From contig CAMZKE010000017.1 in assembly GCA_947311115.1 (NCBI GenBank), positions 1 through 63,027 of the forward strand: DNA of 63,027 nt. Direction: 5' to 3'. The stretch is from an uncultured Bacteroidales bacterium (GTDB taxonomy: Bacteria > Bacteroidota > Bacteroidia > Bacteroidales > JAFGXI01). Shown here piece by piece: positions 57,256-63,027 of the stretch. Positions within the stretch are counted from its first letter, which is position 1. Each line of letters starts with the position of its first letter. The position numbers were made by a program, and so were the translations under genes. The notes under the pieces were generated by a model. The model had not been told where the DNA came from. It worked only from the letters and a program-made list of their open reading frames with translations, and did no database searches.

Positions 57256-58659
57256 TTGAACGAAATAAATAAAATATTAGAACAAAATATATTTAGAGTA
57301 ATTTCAGATGTTGCTAATAAAAACAACACTGAAACTTATGTTATAGGAGGTTTTGTTAGAGACATTTTTTTACAACGTACTTCAAAAGATATTGATATAC
57401 TTGTAATTGGTAGTGGTATAGATTTTTCGCTAAAAGTAGCAAAAAAACTAGGCATTAAAAAGGTATCTACATACAAAAACTATGGCACATCAATGTTTAA
57501 ATACAAAGGTATGGATATTGAATTTGTTGGTGCCAGAAAAGAATCATATCATCGCGAATCACGTAATCCTATTGTTGAAAACGGCACACTAGACGACGAC
57601 CAAAAACGCCGTGATTTTACCATAAATGCAATGGCATTTAGCTTAAACAAAAATAATTATGGTGAACTTTTAGATCCATTTAATGGGATTAAAGATATAG
57701 AAGACAAAATTATACGAACTCCTTTAAACCCAGATATTACATTTTCTGACGACCCATTACGAATGTTGCGTGCAGTACGTTTTGCCACACAGCTAAATTT
57801 TGAGTTAGACAAAATTGTTTTTGATGCAATAAGCACCAACAAACAACGAATAAATATAATATCGAAAGAGCGAATTATTGACGAACTAAATAAAATATTA
57901 CTCTCGCCCTACCCTTCTGTTGGACTTAGTTTACTCGAAGAAACAGGACTTTTAAACGAATTTTTTCCTGAGCTTACAAAACTTAAAGGAACAGAAACAA
58001 TTAATGGTGTTTCGCATAAAGATAACTTTTATCACACCCTAGAAGTAGTTGACAATTTGGCAACAAAAACAGATAATTTATGGCTTTTATGGGCAGGGTT
58101 GCTTCACGATATTGGTAAACCTCGCTCAAAAAGATTTAATAAAAAACAAGGTTTTACTTTTCACGGACACGAAGTTATTGGCGGACGCATGGTTACCGAT
58201 ATATTTAAAAAATTTAAAATGCCACTTAACGAAAAACTAAGTTATGTAAAGAAACTTGTTGAACTACACCTCCGCCCTATTGCTATTGTTAAAGATGTTA
58301 CCGATTCAGCAATACGTCGCTTACTTTTCGATGCAGGCGATGATATCGATGACTTAATGTCGCTTGCCGAATCTGATATTACATCAAAAAACGAATATAA
58401 AGTTCAAAAATTTTTGAATAACTTTGTTATTGTACGCCAAAAACTTATCGAAATAGAAGAAAAAGATAAGATTAGAAATTGGCAACCACCAATTACAGGC
58501 GAAGAAATAATGCAACATCTTAATATACAACCATCACGCGAAGTAGGAATAATAAAAAATAATATTAAAGATGCAATTTTAGATGGTGAAATTGAAAACT
58601 CAAAAGATGCTGCTTTTGCATTTATGGATAAAATTGCTAACAAACTAGGATTAAAATAA
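57256..58659 (+). CDS. cca: CCA-adding tRNA nucleotidyltransferase with HD domain
   Basis: This 467-aa ORF has GGFVRD, DIDIL, RRDFTINA and HD (LLHDIGKP). It has a TTG start. Confidence 0.8.
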   Translation: MNEINKILEQNIFRVISDVANKNNTETYVIGGFVRDIFLQRTSKDIDILVIGSGIDFSLKVAKKLGIKKVSTYKNYGTSMFKYKGMDIEFVGARKESYHRESRNPIVENGTLDDDQKRRDFTINAMAFSLNKNNYGELLDPFNGIKDIEDKIIRTPLNPDITFSDDPLRMLRAVRFATQLNFELDKIVFDAISTNKQRINIISKERIIDELNKILLSPYPSVGLSLLEETGLLNEFFPELTKLKGTETINGVSHKDNFYHTLEVVDNLATKTDNLWLLWAGLLHDIGKPRSKRFNKKQGFTFHGHEVIGGRMVTDIFKKFKMPLNEKLSYVKKLVELHLRPIAIVKDVTDSAIRRLLFDAGDDIDDLMSLAESDITSKNEYKVQKFLNNFVIVRQKLIEIEEKDKIRNWQPPITGEEIMQHLNIQPSREVGIIKNNIKDAILDGEIENSKDAAFAFMDKIANKLGLK

Positions 58660-58661
58660 TT

Positions 58662-59117
58662 ATGAGAGTTGTTATACAAAGAGTAACAAATGCTAAAGTA
58701 GAAATTGAAGGCAAATTACATTCAAAAATAGGTATAGGTTTAATGATACTTGCAAGTTTTGAAAATAACGATACTCAAGATGATATTAATTGGATTTGCA
58801 AAAAAATAAATCAACTCCGAATTTTTGATGATAGTAATGGCGTTATGAATATATCTTTTTCAGAAATTGATAATGCCGAATTACTTGTAGTAAGCCAATT
58901 TACACTCCATGCAAAAGTAAAAAAAGGTAATCGCCCGTCATATATTCACGCCGCTAAACCCAATATTTCAATACCTCTTTACGAAATGTTTATAAAAACA
59001 CTAAAAGAAGTAACACAAAAATCGGTAAAAACAGGTAAATTTGGAGCAAATATGCAAGTAAGTTTAACAAATAACGGTCCGGTAACTATTATTATAGATA
59101 CCAAAAACAAAGAATAA
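58662..59117 (+). CDS. dtd: D-aminoacyl-tRNA deacylase
   Basis: This 151-aa ORF begins MRVVIQRV and contains SQFTL and NNGPVT. Confidence 0.9.
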   Translation: MRVVIQRVTNAKVEIEGKLHSKIGIGLMILASFENNDTQDDINWICKKINQLRIFDDSNGVMNISFSEIDNAELLVVSQFTLHAKVKKGNRPSYIHAAKPNISIPLYEMFIKTLKEVTQKSVKTGKFGANMQVSLTNNGPVTIIIDTKNKE

Positions 59118-59440
59118 TGACTATTAAAGAAGCTCAAAAAACTGTTGATAATTGGATAACTACTACGGGAGTACGTTATTTTAACGAACTTACAAATATG
59201 GCAATTTTAACCGAAGAGGTTGGCGAAGTTGCACGAATTATGGCACGTAAATATGGAGAACAATCGTTTAAAGAAACAGACAAAAGCAACCTTGCCGATG
59301 AATTAGCAGATGTTTTGTGGGTAGTAATGGCAATAGCAAATCAAACAGGAGTTGATTTAACCGATGCTTTCAATAAAAATATAGAAAAGAAAAATAAAAG
59401 AGATAAAAACAGACATAAAGAAAATATTAAATTAAAATAG
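59117..59440 (+). CDS. MazG-like nucleotide pyrophosphohydrolase
   Basis: This 107-aa ORF has the EE..E...E/D pattern (LTEEVGEVAR ... ELADVLW). It overlaps the dtd stop by 1 nt. Confidence 0.75.
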   Translation: MTIKEAQKTVDNWITTTGVRYFNELTNMAILTEEVGEVARIMARKYGEQSFKETDKSNLADELADVLWVVMAIANQTGVDLTDAFNKNIEKKNKRDKNRHKENIKLK

Positions 59441-59447
59441 TTGTACA

Positions 59448-60299
59448 ATGGAAGAAATTAAAAAAATGACAGTTGATAATAAACAAGTAAGTAGTGCTTT
59501 AGCAACAATACAAAACGAATTAAAGTTAAACACATCAGTACTTGAAACAGCTTTAAATTGTATCGATTTAACATCGTTAAACACTCACGACGACGATAGC
59601 AACATTATTAAAATGATTGAAAAAGTTAATAATTACAAATCTAATTTCGATTATAAAAATGTAGCTGCAGTTTGTGTTTATCCTAATTTTGCTAAAACAG
59701 TAAAAGAAACTTTAACCGACCAAAATATTAATATTGCAGTAGTTGCAGCAAGTTTCCCTTCGTCGCAAACATTTTTTTCTGTAAAACTTGCCGAGTGTGA
59801 ACTTGCTGTATCTAAAGGTGCAAACGAGGTAGATATAGTTATACCCGTAGGTAAATTCCTTAACGAAAAGTATCAAGATGTTTTTAACGAAATATTTTTA
59901 ATTAAAAAAACTATTGGCGATGCACATTTAAAAGTGATTTTAGAAACAGGAATATTAAAAAATAACGAAAACATATATAAAGCATCGTATATTGCAATGG
60001 AAGCCGGTGCCGATTTTATTAAAACAAGTACAGGTAAATTAGAACCTGCAGCTACTCCTGATGCTGTTTTTGTAATGACAAAAGCAATTAAGGATTATTA
60101 CACAAAAACAGGAAGAAAAGTAGGAATAAAACCCGCAGGAGGAATAGCTACCCCTGAAGATGCTACACTTTATTACAATATTGTAAAATATAATCTTGGC
60201 AAAGAATGGCTTAATAATAAATTATTTAGAATTGGAGCAAGTCGATTAGCCAATAATATTTTAACAATATTAGAAAGAAAAGAAGTTAAATACTTTTAA
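59448..60299 (+). CDS. deoC: Deoxyribose-phosphate aldolase (long form)
   Basis: This 283-aa ORF has the Schiff-base context DFIKTSTGK and the IKPAGGI motif. Confidence 0.8.
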   Translation: MEEIKKMTVDNKQVSSALATIQNELKLNTSVLETALNCIDLTSLNTHDDDSNIIKMIEKVNNYKSNFDYKNVAAVCVYPNFAKTVKETLTDQNINIAVVAASFPSSQTFFSVKLAECELAVSKGANEVDIVIPVGKFLNEKYQDVFNEIFLIKKTIGDAHLKVILETGILKNNENIYKASYIAMEAGADFIKTSTGKLEPAATPDAVFVMTKAIKDYYTKTGRKVGIKPAGGIATPEDATLYYNIVKYNLGKEWLNNKLFRIGASRLANNILTILERKEVKYF

Positions 60300-60446
60300 A
60301 ATAACAATATATTTAAAATATAAATCATAAAATAACACTGTATTATTAATAAATAGCCTTGCTAAAAGCAGACTATACATCATTTTGTAACCATATTTTA
60401 TACATTCAAAAAACAAGGAATAAAACCAAATTAGATTAAAAAAAAA

Positions 60447-60977
60447 TTGAGTAATAATAGCATGAAAAATATTACAAGAAATAAAAAATGGCATGTATTA
60501 ATAACAAAATCTAGATTTGAAAAAAAAATTGCTAATGAATTAGAAAAAAATGGATTTGAAATTTGTTTTCCTATAAGAAAAGAGTTAAGGTTTTGGAGCG
60601 ACCGAAAAAAATGGATTGATGTACCAATTTTCAAATCATATATTTTCATTAACATAGAAACTCATAATAAACATAAGGTTTTTGGCCCCGTAGGTTTATT
60701 AAAATACTTAGCTATAGGAAAAGAAACAGCTATACTTAAACCAAACGATATTGAAAATATAAAGTTGCTAAATGAGTCATCGGAACCTATAGAATTATCA
60801 TACAAAGATTACGAAAAAGGAGAAAAAGTTCAAATTTTATCAGGTAATTTTAGAGGTTTACAAGGTGAATTAATAGAAAATGGAAGAAAAAACAGAATAA
60901 AAATAAGAATTGAAGGATTAGATTGTTATGCAAACATATTTATTGAAAAAAGTGTTGTAACTAGGATTTTATCATAA
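60447..60977 (+). CDS. UpxY-family (NusG-like) transcription antiterminator
   Basis: This 176-aa ORF has an NGN domain (WHVLITKSRFEKK...IPIFKSYIFI) and a KOW-like C-terminus (GEKVQILSGNFRGLQGEL). Confidence 0.75.
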   Translation: MSNNSMKNITRNKKWHVLITKSRFEKKIANELEKNGFEICFPIRKELRFWSDRKKWIDVPIFKSYIFINIETHNKHKVFGPVGLLKYLAIGKETAILKPNDIENIKLLNESSEPIELSYKDYEKGEKVQILSGNFRGLQGELIENGRKNRIKIRIEGLDCYANIFIEKSVVTRILS

Positions 60978-61176
60978 TTATTATTAAGTTTGTAATACTA
61001 AATAGTAAGTTAGTATATGGGACTGACAATGGCGAAGCCGTATTAATACACATGGCAGAATATCTCTTCGTATTATTCTTAATTATTTACAAATAAAGTA
61101 TTTACAAAGATATTAATGTATTGTATAAATCTATTTAAACAAAATAAATTACAATAGAAAAATATATAAATAGACA

Positions 61177-61273
61177 AATGAATCTCCTCGCCGCAAGCGG
61201 ACGAGGTATCGTTTTGGAATACTATTCTTTTATACATCCCAAGGGACGGGGAATTAAACCCAAACAGATTAAA
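61177..61273 (+). repeat. Copy 5 of the structured repeat
   Basis: It is full length and identical to copy 2, except for G->A in hairpin 2 (ACATCCC) and the 3'-most bases. Confidence 0.9.
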
Positions 61274-61291
61274 ATCTACCTGTACTAACTT

Positions 61292-61645
61292 TTATTTTTT
61301 ATGTACAATTAATACTTCGTCATTAGAAAATTCCATCCAAGCAAAATCGTAAACATAAAAATAAGTTTTACCCTTGCTATTAACATTAAAATGAGTATGA
61401 TATTTAAAATTAAACTTTTTATTTTCTAAATCAATTCGGTTAACTTTCTTTTGCACTTTGTGTTTTCCCATTATTTCTAACATAATACTTCTATTTCGAT
61501 GAAGTATTTTATTTATATCAGTTACCGCAAAATTAGTAACCCGTCTTAAATTGGTATGATAATAATTTTTACACTTTACTGAACAAAATTTTTTATCGCT
61601 CCTTCCAATTATAATATTACTACATATTTTACATTTATTTGCCAT
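61292..61645 (-). CDS. Hypothetical protein with an N-terminal CxxC...CxxC zinc ribbon
   Basis: This 117-aa ORF has CKICSN...CSVKCKNYYH. It is divergent from the recombinase gene. Confidence 0.5.
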   Translation of the reverse strand: MANKCKICSNIIIGRSDKKFCSVKCKNYYHTNLRRVTNFAVTDINKILHRNRSIMLEIMGKHKVQKKVNRIDLENKKFNFKYHTHFNVNSKGKTYFYVYDFAWMEFSNDEVLIVHKK

Positions 61646-61767
61646 AAACTATATAATTATCAACATAATAAATTTATTCGTTTCTAACGGTTAAGATACG
61701 AATATTTTTTAATTAAACAATATTTGATTAGTATTTTCCGTATTTTTATAACAAATTAATTAAAGGT

Positions 61768-62874
61768 ATGGGAATTATTATATACAAGCCAAAACCTATG
61801 GCTAAAAGAATTAAGGTATTTATACCTTACGAAATGGCTAATGAAAGGGAATCGTTTAAAAAAATTGAAGGTAAGTTTTATCACAGTCAGCAAAAGCTTT
61901 GGAGTATATTAAATACGCATGATAATTTCAATTTATTAAAACGTATTTTTGATAATAAATATTCCGTTATAGATGAAGAAAACAATGCGGTAATTCCAAA
62001 ATTTACACTTAACTCAGAATCGTTAGATATACTTGCAAAATTTGAAAAAAAATTGATTTTGAAATCATATAGTCTAAGTACCATTTCCAGTTATAAATCT
62101 GAGTTTAGTTATTTTCTTCGATATTTTGAAAAGTTTGATTTAAATACAATAACAAAAGAACAAATTGAGAGTTATGTATATTACATGATAACGAAATACA
62201 AAATTAGTGAAAGCAAACAAAATTTATCAATAAATTCAATAAAATTCTATTACGAACACGTATTAAATAAACCACGTGAGTATTACGATATACAGCGTCC
62301 TAAAATGGCGAAAACACTACCAAATGTTTTAAGCATGGGAGAGGTATTAGATTTAATAAATTCGCCTACAAATATTAAACACAAAGCTATATTACATACT
62401 ATATATAGTGGTGGGTTAAGAGTTAGTGAGCTTATAAATTTAAGGATAATAGATATTAGAACTGATGATAATTACATATTTATTAAAGGAGCTAAAGGCA
62501 AAAAAGATAGACAAACTTTATTATCTGATAATTTACTTATAGTTTTAAGAGAATATTACAAAGAGTATAAACCATCATATTGGTTATTTGAAGGACAATC
62601 AGGAGGTAAATACAGTGCAAAAAGCATTCAAAATATTTTTAGAAAAGCCCAGCAAAAATCTGGTGCAAACCCTTGGGCAACACCACATACACTCAGACAC
62701 AGTTTTGCTACACATTTATTAGAAAATGGTGAAAATTTACGCAATATTCAAGCATTATTAGGCCATTCAAGTAGTAAAACAACAGAAATATATACTCATT
62801 TAGTTAATTTATCAAATAAAAAAATACAAAACCCTTTGGATTTGATTATTAGAAATAGTAAATTTGATAGATAA
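61768..62874 (+). CDS. Tyrosine-type site-specific recombinase/integrase
   Basis: This 368-aa ORF has an N-terminal SAM-like core-binding domain. The catalytic residues appear in GLRVSE (Arg), HTLRHSFATHLL (His-x-x-Arg) and LLGHSSSKTTEIYTH (His...Tyr). Confidence 0.88.
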   Translation: MGIIIYKPKPMAKRIKVFIPYEMANERESFKKIEGKFYHSQQKLWSILNTHDNFNLLKRIFDNKYSVIDEENNAVIPKFTLNSESLDILAKFEKKLILKSYSLSTISSYKSEFSYFLRYFEKFDLNTITKEQIESYVYYMITKYKISESKQNLSINSIKFYYEHVLNKPREYYDIQRPKMAKTLPNVLSMGEVLDLINSPTNIKHKAILHTIYSGGLRVSELINLRIIDIRTDDNYIFIKGAKGKKDRQTLLSDNLLIVLREYYKEYKPSYWLFEGQSGGKYSAKSIQNIFRKAQQKSGANPWATPHTLRHSFATHLLENGENLRNIQALLGHSSSKTTEIYTHLVNLSNKKIQNPLDLIIRNSKFDR

Positions 62875-62931
62875 AACTAATAATATAACAAATGTAAATA
62901 CAAACATAAAAGATATAAACGAAATAGTTGG

Positions 62932-62939
62932 TATCTTTG
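62932..62939 (+). promoter_or_regulatory. Consensus -7 box (TATCTTTG) with no gene visible before the window end
   Basis: It is an exact TAnnTTTG match 58 nt after the recombinase stop. Only an ATG followed by 3 further codons and then TAA is visible downstream before the window ends. Confidence 0.3.
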
Positions 62940-63027
62940 TTCGTATATACAATTGTTGTACATAATGCAAGAAGCATAACACGATATAACACTTTACCTA
63001 AAATTAAAAATCTAGCTAATGGAAACA

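Noticed and set aside
57102-57329. Intergenic AT-rich ORFs at 57102..57329, 60270..60494 and 60431..60655.
   Set aside because: Their translations are low-complexity. They overlap the promoter regions or starts of well-supported genes (cca, upxY, deoC 3' end), and no motif is recognisable.

Overview
The window is AT-rich (roughly 30% G+C by eye, not computed) and gene-dense, and looks like a Bacteroidota chromosome. Evidence for that: TAnnTTTG -7 promoter boxes 10-20 nt ahead of start codons, no Shine-Dalgarno sequences, a GldB-like lipoprotein, an UpxY-type NusG paralog and a monomeric isocitrate dehydrogenase. Most genes are housekeeping: fba, aspA, kdsB, obg, purC, aspS, tRNA-Gly/tRNA-Leu, pfkA, fmt, icd, folD, ffh, bioC/bioG, trx, cca, dtd, mazG and deoC. 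Four things go beyond ordinary annotation. (1) A roughly 10.3-kb, nine-gene minus-strand operon (16875..27127) runs CheR, receiver-less CheB, membrane GAF protein, membrane-GAF-coiled-coil-2xPAS-PP2C phosphatase, SiaB-like kinase, SiaC/DUF1987-like phosphoprotein, a 1026-aa TerB-like/FHA-like ABCG-type transporter, a lipoprotein and a small secreted protein. No MCP, CheA, CheW, sigma factor or diguanylate cyclase is visible, so this is my best candidate for an undescribed signalling system: a methylation-tuned partner switch whose output is a transporter. (2) A GC-rich structured repeat of about 97 nt occurs five times, and the four intact copies lie sense-oriented just 3' of genes. (3) A 16-nt tandem repeat (unit about ATAGAACACTTTAACA) fills the spacers immediately upstream of obg, purC, a PduO-type adenosyltransferase and folD. 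(4) A perfect 52-bp duplication of the 3' end of a glycosyltransferase gene. Lesser items are a carrier-less adenylation-domain cluster, an orphan UpxY next to a tyrosine recombinase at the window edge, and a 59-aa Bfd-like ORF missing from the ORF track. All functional calls come from reading motifs in the translations by eye. No database search was run.
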